Part shown: positions 1-9,769 of the stretch, piece after piece
Position numbering within the stretch: position 1 is the first letter of the stretch
How the letters are laid out: every line of letters begins with the position of its first letter
NCBI GenBank assembly: GCA_033764955.1
Contig: JANRIL010000019.1
Span: 64,001-128,000, forward strand
Source: Cyanobacteriota bacterium
GTDB lineage: Bacteria > Cyanobacteriota > Cyanobacteriia > Thermostichales > Thermostichaceae
Reading direction: 5' to 3'
Length of the DNA stretch: 64,000 nucleotides
Translations under genes and position numbers: made by a program
The notes under the pieces: model-generated
The model's input: the letters and a program-made list of their open reading frames with translations, nothing else
What the model was told of the DNA's origin: nothing
The model's database searches: none

Positions 1-630
1 CGCCGCCCCCGCCTGCATCAAGTCGAGGGTGACGGAGTAGGTGACGCAGTTGCCAATCACCACCGGAATCGGCATCTCCCGACAAAAATCCGCTAGATTG
101 AGGGGACGAATGCCCGCCGGGGCACGGTGATCGATGGAAACAACGGTAGCCTGAACGAAATAAAGATCTCCCCCCGCCGCCGCCACCAATGGTCCATACT
201 GAGCGGCTGTCGCTGGGGTGGAGCTAGCCGCCGCGATTCCCCCCTGAGCCTTGATTTCTTGAATGCGCTGTTGAATCAGTTCTGGCTTGACCGGTTCACT
301 ATATAAATGCTGCATGAGGGGAACAAACTCCTCTTTGCCCACCGCTGCAATTTTGTCGAGCACAACATCGGGATCCGCATAACGGGTTTGGATCCCTTCC
401 AGGTTGAGCACCCCCAACGCCCCCAGCTCGGAGAGAAGAATCGCCATTTTGACATCCACCACCCCATCCATGGCGCTAGCAATGATAGGAATTTCCCGCG
501 AAATTGAGCCGATCTGCCAGGTGGTATCCACCAAACTGGGATCCAGGGTATTACCAGCGGGAGCGAGGGCTATTTCATCCAGTCCGTAGGCACGTCGTAC
601 CTTCTTACCCAAACCCAGTTGAATATCCAC
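1..630 (-). CDS. guaB3: GuaB3-family IMP dehydrogenase-related protein (3' part runs off the window)
   Basis: Not in the ORF track. Manual minus-strand translation from GTG at 630 is open to position 1: MDIQLGLGKKVRRAYGLDEIALAP...IPIIASAMDGVVDV...LGVLNLEGIQTRY...VVIGNCVTY, the cyanobacterial IMPDH-family N-terminus. Confidence 0.88.
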   Translation of the reverse strand, partial: MDIQLGLGKKVRRAYGLDEIALAPAGNTLDPSLVDTTWQIGSISREIPIIASAMDGVVDVKMAILLSELGALGVLNLEGIQTRYADPDVVLDKIAAVGKEEFVPLMQHLYSEPVKPELIQQRIQEIKAQGGIAAASSTPATAAQYGPLVAAAGGDLYFVQATVVSIDHRAPAGIRPLNLADFCREMPIPVVIGNCVTYSVTLDLMQAGAA

Positions 631-967
631 CCAGCCTGCCCCCCGTACCTACAAAGTAATGACTGGCCAGGGATCCCCTCCACCCTAGCTCCCAGGTCAT
701 GGCGAATTGTCCCTAGAAAACGGTATAGAAAGTTACTGATCCACTGTGCCAAATGGTCTATCCAGCCTATCAAAGGGGTTTTCCCCTGTCAAAGCAGAAC
801 TTTCCCTGCCTATCTTTCTGGCTCTGGATGGGGGGCAATCCCTACGTCCCGCAGAGGTGGGGGATCCCTAGCGCAGTCAAAAACGGATTCAGAAAATCCT
901 CACCAAGACTGCTGTTACTTTCCGTTACACTAGAAAATAGACCATTCGGGCATTCGGAGGCAAGCTT

Positions 968-2056
968 GTGGGTAATTTTTTGCTGATTGGTTCAACGGAA
1001 CCCTATAGCGGCAAGTCAGCAGCGGTGCTGGGGCTAGCTTATCACCTGCAACGCCAAGGGATCCGTATTACCTACGGCAAGCCGATTGGTTCTTGTATGG
1101 AGGGGGATTGCGCCCTGGAGGGGGATCCCGATCTGCTGTTTATGACCAGTGCCCTGCAACTTACCCCTGAGCAGATGCCGCCGATGGTGCTGCAACTAAC
1201 TGGACAAGCCGTTCTGCAACAAATGGTGGATCCGCAGCCTACCCATTACATCGAACGGTTACAAGCCTATCGCCAAGAGATGCCGGCGGATTTGGCTCTT
1301 TTAGAAGGGCCTGCCGATCTCTATGAGGGGGAACTGTTTCATCTCTCCCTGACCGAGATGGCCGAGGCATTAGACAGTCCCGTTCTTTTAATCTGTCGCT
1401 ATCACTCCGCCCTCGTAGTAGATTCCCTGTTGGCCGCCCAGAAAAAACTCACCTCCCGCCTAGCTGGAGTGCTGATCAACGATGTGCCTGAGGATCAATT
1501 GCCCTCGGTGCGGGAGCAGATCATTCCTTTTCTAGAAGCCCAAGGGATCCCGGTGCTGGGGATCCTTCCCTCCAATCGCATCCTGCGTAGCATCAGCGTT
1601 GGCGAACTGGCGAAGCAGTTAGAGGCCGACATTCTCTGTTGCGAGGATCGCCAAGACTTTATGGTGGAGGACTTTGTGATCGGGGCAATGAATGTGAACT
1701 CCGCCCTCAAATATTTCCGCAAGTCGGAACACAAAGCCGTCATTACGGGGGGAGATCGCACCGACATTCAACTGGCGGCTCTGGAAACCTCCACCGTTTG
1801 TCTGATCTTGACGGGTAAGCTCCCCCTTGATGAGCGGATCCAGGCTCGCGCCGAAGAATTGGAAGTCCCCATTCTCTCTGTGGATCTTGATACCTTTACA
1901 ACCATCGAGCGGATTGAGCGGGTGTTTGGTCAGGTGCGCCTGCACGAAACCATCAAAGTTCGCTGTATTCAGGAGCTTATGTCAAGGAACGTTGACTTCG
2001 CTCGCCTCTACAATTGCCTTGGCTTGACACAACCCCTAGCGTCTGGGGTGGCCTAG
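968..2056 (+). CDS. Phosphotransacetylase-family protein (BioD-like P-loop plus DRTGG domain)
   Basis: N-terminal STEPYSGKS P-loop; ITGGDRTDIQLAALE DRTGG motif; lacks the PTA catalytic domain. Confidence 0.85.
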   Translation: MGNFLLIGSTEPYSGKSAAVLGLAYHLQRQGIRITYGKPIGSCMEGDCALEGDPDLLFMTSALQLTPEQMPPMVLQLTGQAVLQQMVDPQPTHYIERLQAYRQEMPADLALLEGPADLYEGELFHLSLTEMAEALDSPVLLICRYHSALVVDSLLAAQKKLTSRLAGVLINDVPEDQLPSVREQIIPFLEAQGIPVLGILPSNRILRSISVGELAKQLEADILCCEDRQDFMVEDFVIGAMNVNSALKYFRKSEHKAVITGGDRTDIQLAALETSTVCLILTGKLPLDERIQARAEELEVPILSVDLDTFTTIERIERVFGQVRLHETIKVRCIQELMSRNVDFARLYNCLGLTQPLASGVA

Positions 2057-2275
2057 TTTTTGTGTGAGAAAAATCCAGCCCTGTATTTAGTGGTTTTAGA
2101 GATGACTTTTCCAGTTCCTTACACTAGCGGTAAATGTGTCGCCAATTTAATAAAGATCACATGAACTTATTTAGTGTAGGGATCCCTGCTTTGAACAGTT
2201 CTTTCTATTACGAAAAACCGCAAAAAACTCTTCGGCAATCGCCCCCTTTCCGGATCCAGCTTGTATGATGCAAGT

Positions 2276-2326
2276 ATTCATCACCTCAACACACCACTCC
2301 TCCCCCAGTTTTTCTGGGGGTTTTTT
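2276..2326 (+). ncRNA. Candidate ~50-nt small RNA, Yfr1-like
   Basis: TATGAT -10 at 2264-2269, then a C/A-rich tract (TCACCTCAACACACCACTCCTC), then an intrinsic terminator. Confidence 0.4.
2302..2326 (+). terminator. Rho-independent terminator
   Basis: CCCCCAG-TTTTT-CTGGGGG perfect 7-bp stem followed by T6. Confidence 0.85.
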
Positions 2327-2558
2327 ATGCCTTGATTTCCGATGGTTTAGTCTTTAAGAAGTTGTCAGTTACGGTGATAGATCCCAAAAAATTCTTAAAT
2401 TGATATCACCACTGGGCAAGCTTAGAAAAGCTACTACTAGATACAGTGTAATAATCTTCTCAAAACAGCAAAACTACGCTAAAGTGAGCCAACTGATTCC
2501 GATTGCCCGTCGGCGGTTTCTCCCACCAATCCTGACTCCCCATTCCCTGTTGTGACCT

Positions 2559-3050
2559 ATGCCACGCCCATCTGCTCCCACTGCGGTTTCTCCCCATTCC
2601 GGCATCTTTACGGATGGAGGCTGTTCTCCCAATCCAGGCCCCGGCGGTTGGGGTGTCGTCGTTGTGGAGGCTGATCAGATTCGGGAGCAATGGGTCGGGG
2701 GAACTAGCTGGTCTACCAACAACCGCATGGAGCTAACCGCCTTGATTCGAGCCATCACCTATGTGGTGGAAGAGGGATCCGCTGCCCATCTACCCATTTA
2801 TGCGGACTCTCAACTGTGTGTGCAGACCTACAACGAATGGATGGAAGGCTGGGCGAAGCGGGGTTGGCGGCGCAAAACAGGTCCCGTCGAGAATTTGGAT
2901 CTGGTGCAGGAACTCTACGCCCTCAAGCAAAAGCTGAAGGCCACTGGCTCCCCGGTCACCGTCTCTTGGATCAAAGCCCACGCCGGCCTGCGCTGGAACG
3001 AGTATGCCGATCAGTTGGTGCAGCAGGGGCGGACGGCTCAGCAACCCTAA
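2559..3050 (+). CDS. rnhA: Ribonuclease HI
   Basis: FTDGGCSPNPGPGGWG, TNNRMELTA, ADSQ, WIKAHAG..NEYAD catalytic motifs. Confidence 0.93.
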   Translation: MPRPSAPTAVSPHSGIFTDGGCSPNPGPGGWGVVVVEADQIREQWVGGTSWSTNNRMELTALIRAITYVVEEGSAAHLPIYADSQLCVQTYNEWMEGWAKRGWRRKTGPVENLDLVQELYALKQKLKATGSPVTVSWIKAHAGLRWNEYADQLVQQGRTAQQP

Positions 3051-3094
3051 CCGAGAATCTGACGAACCACAACCTTAATGAAATCGAGTGTTTC

Positions 3095-3112
3095 TTTACA
3101 GGACTTTACAAT
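3095..3112 (+). promoter_or_regulatory. HLR1-like (RpaB) direct repeat upstream of apcF
   Basis: TTTACAGG-AC-TTTACAAT with a 10-bp period; candidate -10 TAAACT at 3150-3155. Confidence 0.55.
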
Positions 3113-3297
3113 TGCCGAGTCTTGTGCATGTGGGGATCCCCCTGCATGATAAACTTCGGAAGGTAATTTGGCGGGTATACGGGTGATTTTGGGGCATTGC
3201 CAAGGATCAAGCCTACTTGCCCTAGATCGTGCGCTGGGTGTCCTTTTTCTTAAAAAAACTGGTTTTGCTTTTTCCTGATAATCATGGAGTTTTGGAT

Positions 3298-3801
3298 ATG
3301 CGTGATGCTGTGACAAGCCTGATCAAAAAGTATGACTTGGCTGGGCGCTATCTGGATCGGGATGCTATGGACTCCCTCAAGTCCTATTTCAACACAGGCA
3401 TCCAACGAATCCGTGTGGTCAACACCATCAATCTCAATTCCGTCGATATTGTCAAGAGCGCCGCGTCTCGCTTGTTTAGTGAATTGCCGGATCTGATTCG
3501 TCCGGGGGGCAATGCCTACACCACCCGCCGCTATGCCACCTGCCTACGGGATATGGATTATTACCTGCGCTACGCTACCTATGCCTTGGTAGCCGGCGAC
3601 ACCAGCGTTCTCGATGAGCGGGTTTTAGCTGGACTGCGGGAAACCTACAACTCCTTGGGAGTGCCGATTGCCCCCACCGTGATGGGCATCCAAAACATGA
3701 AGGATCGGGTGATGGAGTTGCTGGGATCCACCGATGATTATCGCTTTGTGGCCGAACCTTTTGAATATATGGGATCCCAACTCAGCGAGACGGATATTTA
3801 G
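3298..3801 (+). CDS. apcF: Allophycocyanin beta-18 subunit
   Basis: MRDAVTSLIKKYDLAGRYLDRDA...PGGNAYTTRRYATCLRDMDYYLRYA (bilin Cys); start moved to ATG 3298 after GGAG. Confidence 0.95.
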   Translation: MRDAVTSLIKKYDLAGRYLDRDAMDSLKSYFNTGIQRIRVVNTINLNSVDIVKSAASRLFSELPDLIRPGGNAYTTRRYATCLRDMDYYLRYATYALVAGDTSVLDERVLAGLRETYNSLGVPIAPTVMGIQNMKDRVMELLGSTDDYRFVAEPFEYMGSQLSETDI

Positions 3802-3852
3802 GCTCTTACCTGAGTTATCCTAAAACCGCTTACGTCTGGTTTGGTCTGTATC

Positions 3853-4743
3853 ATGTCCCCTCGTTCTCGCCTGGATGTCTGGTTGGTGGAACGGGGGTAT
3901 TTTGCTACCCGCCAACAGGCACAGCGGGCGATTCAGGCCGGAGAGGTAAAAATTGATGGCCTACCCACCGATAAGCCGGGCACACAAGTAGCCGGAGACC
4001 TGAAGGTTGAGATCCAAAGCAAACCTGCCTTTGTCTCACGGGGGGGAGAAAAATTGCTGGGTGCCCTACAAACCTTTGGCCTAGCGGTGGCGGGGCGGAT
4101 AGCCTTGGATGCTGGAGTTTCCACCGGAGGTTTTACCGACTGCCTACTGCAAAAGGGGGTACGGCAGGTCTATGGGGTGGATGTGGGCTACGGACAACTG
4201 GCTTGGTCGCTACGGACGGATCCCCGTGTCATCCTCAGGGAGCGCACCAACCTCCGCCACCTCACCCCCATCTCCCTTTACGGGGAAACCTGTCCTGCCA
4301 CAGACTGGGCTAGCCTAGCCACCCTAGATCTCTCTTTCATTTCCCTAACCAAAATCCTCCCCCCCTTGCATAGCCTCCTCATCCCACCCCGAGAGGTACT
4401 GCTGCTGGTCAAACCTCAGTTTGAGGCTGGAAAAGGTCAGGTGGGCAAACATGGGGTGGTGAAAGATAGCCATATTCAAGCGGCAGCAATTGGGCAGGTG
4501 CTGCAAACGGCTTTATCCTTGGGGTGGCATTATCATGGACTCACCTGGTCCCCTTTGGTCGGGCCTGCGGGCAATCTGGAGTTTTGGTTGTGGCTGCAAG
4601 ACAACCCTGGCCTCCCTGCCCCCACGGATCCGCAGCTCTGGCAGGTATGTCAGCAGGCCAAGGAAGTGTTGACTAACACAAAGATCCAGGAAATGTCAAA
4701 TGTAGCCCAATATACTGCAAAGAATGATGAGCCAAACTGTTGA
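3853..4743 (+). CDS. tlyA: TlyA-family rRNA 2'-O-methyltransferase
   Basis: S4 domain RLDVWLVERG; FVSRGGEKL; DAGVSTGGFTDCLLQ; LVKPQFE. Confidence 0.93.
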   Translation: MSPRSRLDVWLVERGYFATRQQAQRAIQAGEVKIDGLPTDKPGTQVAGDLKVEIQSKPAFVSRGGEKLLGALQTFGLAVAGRIALDAGVSTGGFTDCLLQKGVRQVYGVDVGYGQLAWSLRTDPRVILRERTNLRHLTPISLYGETCPATDWASLATLDLSFISLTKILPPLHSLLIPPREVLLLVKPQFEAGKGQVGKHGVVKDSHIQAAAIGQVLQTALSLGWHYHGLTWSPLVGPAGNLEFWLWLQDNPGLPAPTDPQLWQVCQQAKEVLTNTKIQEMSNVAQYTAKNDEPNC

Positions 4744-5149
4744 AGAATTATTTCAGGAATGTATCCAGCGATACGAAGCCGGAGAGTCTCCCCGTGTCTT
4801 GATTCCAGCCTTTGAGTCAGTTTGTCAACGGGCTGGCAAATCCGCCGCCGCCTGGACCTGTTTGTCGTGGTTATACCTGCTAGAAAGCAAGCCCGAAAAA
4901 GCTTTGAAGGCCGCTCAAACTGCCGTGCGACTGGATCCGGTGGATGCTCAACCCCGCATCAATCTCACCTTAGCCATGCTGGAGCTAAAAAAAACAGGCA
5001 TCCGCCAACAGATTGACCCTATTAAGATGATCTTGGTGCGGGATAGCGAACAAATTGATACGGTCAAAGCCAACCTGGCCGATGGGCAGAAGCGCCGTCC
5101 CGACTGGACACACCTAGAGCGCATCCATAAATGGCTATTTGAAGACTAG
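4724..5149 (+). CDS. TPR-like conserved hypothetical protein
   Basis: Helical TPR pattern AAWTCLSWLYLLESKPEKALKAAQTAVRLDP; overlaps the tlyA end. Confidence 0.75.
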   Translation: MMSQTVEELFQECIQRYEAGESPRVLIPAFESVCQRAGKSAAAWTCLSWLYLLESKPEKALKAAQTAVRLDPVDAQPRINLTLAMLELKKTGIRQQIDPIKMILVRDSEQIDTVKANLADGQKRRPDWTHLERIHKWLFED

Positions 5150-5312
5150 GCCAAAAGCCAGCGAATCTTCATAAGAAAACATAATAAGTTGGGTAACTTT
5201 AGGGCTGGACTAAAGTCTTAACAACCCTCTCAGAATCAGGGTGTTAGACTCCATTTACTTTCAGTTCCAGTTGCTTTTTTACACTCACTTATTTAGCCAG
5301 GAGGCTCCTGTT

Positions 5313-5486
5313 ATGTCACTCGAAAATGTCCGCGTCAAGAGCGATACTCGCAGCCATCAAGGATTTTTTATCCCCCAGGCTGAATATACGTTGGTGGATC
5401 AGGATCAAAATGGCTGGGCACTGATTTGTGTGGATAATGCCCGTTGTTATTATGTCGATCCGGATGCTTTGTTGATTGAGGGATAA
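5313..5486 (+). CDS. Small (57 aa) hypothetical protein, possibly SH3-like
   Basis: AGGAGG RBS upstream of ATG 5313; beta-rich sequence with GWALI and YYVDPDALL. Confidence 0.6.
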   Translation: MSLENVRVKSDTRSHQGFFIPQAEYTLVDQDQNGWALICVDNARCYYVDPDALLIEG

Positions 5487-5628
5487 TTTGAGGTTCCTTC
5501 CCTAAGGAATTTAAGGATCTTTTGTCTTTCTCCGCTTCACGTTCTGGGCTTGTAACCGACGATTTTTGAGGGAGACGCCCAACACTTTTAACTCATTTTT
5601 ACCCGATTGAGATATGTCAAAACCTTCT

Positions 5629-5652
5629 GGGAGCTACAGTGTGGCTCCCTTT
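5629..5652 (+). terminator. Putative intrinsic terminator
   Basis: GGGAGCTAC-AGT-GTGGCTCCC stem followed by TTT and a pyrimidine run. Confidence 0.6.
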
Positions 5653-5828
5653 CCCTTTCTTTGCAGACAGTCCTCTGGAGATAGTGAAGATAGCTGGGGG
5701 ATCCCTCCCCCCTAGCAAGCCACCTGCCGATCCTCAGGGTTCCCTATCCCCTCCTCAAGTCGTGAATGGTTCTGAGCTAGGCTGAGCATGGCAAAATATA
5801 CTCATCGTTACGTTAAATCGACAAAACC

Positions 5829-7913
5829 GTGACCATCGCTGAGGGACAAGCTACTCCCAGTCTGGGATCCCTGCAAAGGGGATGGATCAACTTTATGCAA
5901 AAGTTGCGCCTAGAAACCCGTCTGTTGTTTGTGGCTACCCTAGCCGTTTCCTTGGTGGTGAGTAGTTTTACGCTTTGGGCAGTTAACAATGTCCAACAGG
6001 ATGCTCAGTTTAGCGACACCCGCTTTGGACGCGATCTGGGGTTATTGCTGGCCGCCAATGTTGCGCCCCTGATTGCCGAAAACCAAACCTCAAAAGTTGC
6101 TCAACTCTCCCAGCAATACTACGAAAGTACCAGCAGCATCCGTTATTTGCTCTACGCCGATCCGAATGGTGAGATTTATTTCGGGATCCCTTTCTCCAAT
6201 CAGGAGGTAAAAACCTCCCTCACCCTCAGCCGCCGCATTCAGCTACCCGAAAACCGCCCCCCCGCTGAAGGTCAACCCCTCCTCCGCACCCACCTCACCC
6301 CGGCGGGTAAAGTGACCGACATTTTTGTGGGGATCTACCACCGCAACCAATTTTTGGGCACCCTGGCTCTGGGCATCAACCCCAATTCAACCCTGGTGCG
6401 CTCCTCTCAACTGGCGCGGGAGGTTTCGATTGGAGTATTTGTGGCAGTGTGGGTGCTAGCCATTTTGGGATCCGTCGTCAATGCCCTAACCATCACCCAG
6501 CCCATCAAAGATCTAGTGGAAGGGGTACAAGGGATCGCCCGTGGCAACTTTCAGCAGCGGATCACCCTACCTTTTGGTGGGGAACTGGCGCAATTGATCG
6601 ACAGCTTCAACGAAATGGCAGAACGGCTGCAATCTTACGAAGAGCAAAACATTGAGGAGATCAGGGCAGCCAAAGCGAAGTTAGAGATCCTCGTCTCAAC
6701 GATTGTGGATGCTGCTCTATTGTTGGATCCGGAATTTAAGATTTTGCTGGCGAATCCCGCCGCCATCCGCATGTTTGGCTGGGAAAGCAAAGCCATCCTG
6801 GGCGCTTCTCTGCTCGACCACATTCCCGAAAGCTTAAGGACAGAAATTGCTCGTCCCCTGGTGCAATTGGCGCGTGGGGATTTTGGTCAGGAGGATGAGG
6901 AAGGAAGCGACAGCCAAGAACTGCGGGTGACGCTACCCGAACTGAAGGCTCGGATCATTCGGGTTTTGCTATCAAGGGTACTGGATCAACGGCGGCAAAA
7001 TCTGAAAGGGATTGTTATCACCGTTCAAGATATCACCCGTGAGGTGGAACTCAACGAGGCCAAGGGACAATTTATCAGCAACATCAGCCACGAACTGCGT
7101 ACCCCCCTCTTTAGCATCAAATCCTTCATCGAAACGTTGCAGGAATATGGGGATCAAATCAGCCCCGAAGAACGGCATGACTACCTAGAAATTGCCAACC
7201 GCGAAGCCGACCGCCTGACCCGTTTGGTCAATGATGTTTTGGATCTCTCTCGCCTCGAATCTGGTCGCCACTACCGCCTTGATGCCATTGATATTCCTGC
7301 TTTGGTAGAGCAAACTATTCGCACCTATCACCTGAATGCCCGTGATAAAGGGATCCAACTGCGTAAATCTCTTGACAGCGACCTACCCCTGGTTTGGGGA
7401 CACTATGATTTGTTGCTGCAAGTTATGACCAACCTGGTGGGCAATGCCCTCAAATTCACTCCCTCCGGCGGACAAGTTACCCTACATGCCCATGTTGTGA
7501 CCCAACCGGATGGTTCGATGCAGGCGGTACGAGTGGCGGTGGCGGATACCGGCATTGGCATCGATCCTGAAGATCAAGCTCGCATTTTTGAGCGGTTCTT
7601 TCGGGTGGAAAACCGCGTGCATACTTTAGAGGGAACGGGTTTAGGGCTGGCGATTGTCCGCAATATCTTGGATAAGCACCACACCCAGATTCGCTTAGAA
7701 AGCAAACGGGATCAGGGATCCACCTTTTGGTTTGACCTGCACCTGTTTGATCTGGAACTAGATCCGGCTCACCTCAAGGCCACCGGTTCGCCAGAGGAGA
7801 TAGCCTGCTATTGGAAGGAACGTCCCCCATCAGGGGATCCCTCCGATTCCGCCACCCCAGCATCACAACCCTCAGAATCTACTGCTGTTGAGACTGCCGC
7901 CCCTATCTCCTAG
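5829..7913 (+). CDS. nblS: Sensor histidine kinase NblS/Hik33 (2 TM-HAMP-PAS-HisKA-HATPase)
   Basis: [78 protein letters not shown]. Confidence 0.93.
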   Translation: MTIAEGQATPSLGSLQRGWINFMQKLRLETRLLFVATLAVSLVVSSFTLWAVNNVQQDAQFSDTRFGRDLGLLLAANVAPLIAENQTSKVAQLSQQYYESTSSIRYLLYADPNGEIYFGIPFSNQEVKTSLTLSRRIQLPENRPPAEGQPLLRTHLTPAGKVTDIFVGIYHRNQFLGTLALGINPNSTLVRSSQLAREVSIGVFVAVWVLAILGSVVNALTITQPIKDLVEGVQGIARGNFQQRITLPFGGELAQLIDSFNEMAERLQSYEEQNIEEIRAAKAKLEILVSTIVDAALLLDPEFKILLANPAAIRMFGWESKAILGASLLDHIPESLRTEIARPLVQLARGDFGQEDEEGSDSQELRVTLPELKARIIRVLLSRVLDQRRQNLKGIVITVQDITREVELNEAKGQFISNISHELRTPLFSIKSFIETLQEYGDQISPEERHDYLEIANREADRLTRLVNDVLDLSRLESGRHYRLDAIDIPALVEQTIRTYHLNARDKGIQLRKSLDSDLPLVWGHYDLLLQVMTNLVGNALKFTPSGGQVTLHAHVVTQPDGSMQAVRVAVADTGIGIDPEDQARIFERFFRVENRVHTLEGTGLGLAIVRNILDKHHTQIRLESKRDQGSTFWFDLHLFDLELDPAHLKATGSPEEIACYWKERPPSGDPSDSATPASQPSESTAVETAAPIS

Positions 7914-7990
7914 AGAGGTCTTTTGCCCAGAGGAGGGGGAGAGTGCCAAAATAGAGGATGTCGTTTCTGCTATCTGAGCTTCTTTCATTT

Positions 7991-9628
7991 ATGGATGTTT
8001 CTTCCCAGCCGTTTGACGGTCAAGCACTCGACCACGTTTTGATTTTCGACACCACATTGCGGGACGGCGAACAATGTCCCGGTGCCACCCTGAATGTCGA
8101 AGAAAAACTGATCATTGCTCGTCAACTGGCTCGACTGGGAGTAGACATTATTGAAGCTGGCTTTGCTTTTGCTAGCCCTGGCGATTTCGAGGCAGTGCAG
8201 AAAATTGCCCAAACCGTCGGATCCCCCGATGGCCCCGTGATTTGCAGTTTGGCTCGTGCCCTCAAACCGGATATCGAAGCGGCAGCTCAAGCCCTCAAAC
8301 CCGCCGCCAAACCGCGCATTCATACTTTTATCTCCACCTCCGATATTCACCTGCAATACCAATTGCGAAAAAACCGCGCCGAGGTTTTGCAAATTGCCGA
8401 AGAGATGGTAGCTTATGCCCGCTCATTCGTTGAGGATGTGGAGTTTTCCATGATGGATGCTACCCGCTCCGATCCGGAATATCTCTATCAGGTGATCGAA
8501 GCAGCCATTCGCGCCGGAGCCAAAACCATCAACATTCCCGATACCGTTGGCTATGTCATGCCGGAGGAATTTGGGCAATTGGTTCGTAACATTCGCCAAA
8601 ACGTACCCAACATCTCCCAGGCGGTGCTATCGGTGCATGGACATGATGACCTAGGGGTTTCCACCGCTAACTTCCTAGAGGCAGTCAAGCAGGGGGTGCG
8701 CCAAGTGGAGGTCACCATCAACGGCATCGGTGAACGGGCGGGAAATACCTCCCTCGAAGAATTGGTGATGGCGCTGCATGTGCGGCGCGCCTACTACAAT
8801 CCCTTCTTTGGTCTACCGCAGGACTCCGAAAAGCCCCTCACTCATATCCGCACCCAAGAGATTTATCGCACTTCGCGCCTGGTTTCCAACCTGACGGGGA
8901 TGTTGGTGCAGCCCAACAAAGCCATCGTCGGATCGAATGCTTTTGCCCATGAGTCGGGCATTCACCAAGATGGCGTCCTGAAAAATCGCCAAACCTACGA
9001 GATCATGGATGCCCAAACCATCGGACTCCAGTCCAATACGCTTGTTTTGGGCAAACACTCCGGTCGTAATGCCTTCCGCACCCGCCTCAAGGAATTGGGC
9101 TTTGAGCTATCGGAGCAGGATCTCAACAAAGCCTTCGTGCGTTTCAAAGAGCTGGCGGACAAGAAAAAAGAAATCTCTGACCTTGATCTAGAGGCGATTG
9201 TTAACGATGAAACCCGTCCAGTACCGGAGTTGTTCCGTCTAGAGCAAGTGCAAGTGGTCTGCGGCAACCAAGAGATGCCTACTGCCACTGTCAAGCTGGT
9301 TACCCCCACCGGACAAGAGTTGGTGGATGCTGCTGTTGGAACGGGACCTGTGGATGCAATCTACAAAGCGATCAACCGAATTGTAGATATTCCCAACCGT
9401 CTGATCGAGTTTTCTGTGCAGTCAGTGACGGCAGGTATCGATGCGATTGGGGAAGTGACGATTCGTCTGAAACATCAAGAGCGCACCTTTTCTGGTCATG
9501 CTGCCAACACCGATATCATCGTGGCTTCCGCACAAGCCTACATGAATGCCCTCAACAAGCTGTATTTTGCCCTCAACACTACCCCAATCACCTCAGAACA
9601 ACGGGAGGCCGCTACGCAAAAAATTTGA
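7991..9628 (+). CDS. leuA: 2-isopropylmalate synthase
   Basis: [37 protein letters not shown]-terminal regulatory domain GTGPVDA. Alternative start at 7958. Confidence 0.96.
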   Translation: MDVSSQPFDGQALDHVLIFDTTLRDGEQCPGATLNVEEKLIIARQLARLGVDIIEAGFAFASPGDFEAVQKIAQTVGSPDGPVICSLARALKPDIEAAAQALKPAAKPRIHTFISTSDIHLQYQLRKNRAEVLQIAEEMVAYARSFVEDVEFSMMDATRSDPEYLYQVIEAAIRAGAKTINIPDTVGYVMPEEFGQLVRNIRQNVPNISQAVLSVHGHDDLGVSTANFLEAVKQGVRQVEVTINGIGERAGNTSLEELVMALHVRRAYYNPFFGLPQDSEKPLTHIRTQEIYRTSRLVSNLTGMLVQPNKAIVGSNAFAHESGIHQDGVLKNRQTYEIMDAQTIGLQSNTLVLGKHSGRNAFRTRLKELGFELSEQDLNKAFVRFKELADKKKEISDLDLEAIVNDETRPVPELFRLEQVQVVCGNQEMPTATVKLVTPTGQELVDAAVGTGPVDAIYKAINRIVDIPNRLIEFSVQSVTAGIDAIGEVTIRLKHQERTFSGHAANTDIIVASAQAYMNALNKLYFALNTTPITSEQREAATQKI

Positions 9629-9662
9629 ACTCGCTGGCGGCAACCGAGACCTATCCCTGCGG

Positions 9663-9703
9663 AAAAGGGATCCTTCTGTTATGAATAGGGGATCCCTTTT
9701 TTT
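9663..9703 (+). terminator. Terminator-like hairpin made of two GGGATCC units
   Basis: AAAAGGGATCCTTCTGTT-ATG-AATAGGGGATCCCTTTTTTT just after leuA. Confidence 0.65.
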
Positions 9704-9769
9704 AGGTGTCTCTCAGATGGTTCGTGAGAGTTATGGGCTAAACTTTGGGCAACCTTTTTCTCCTACCGC

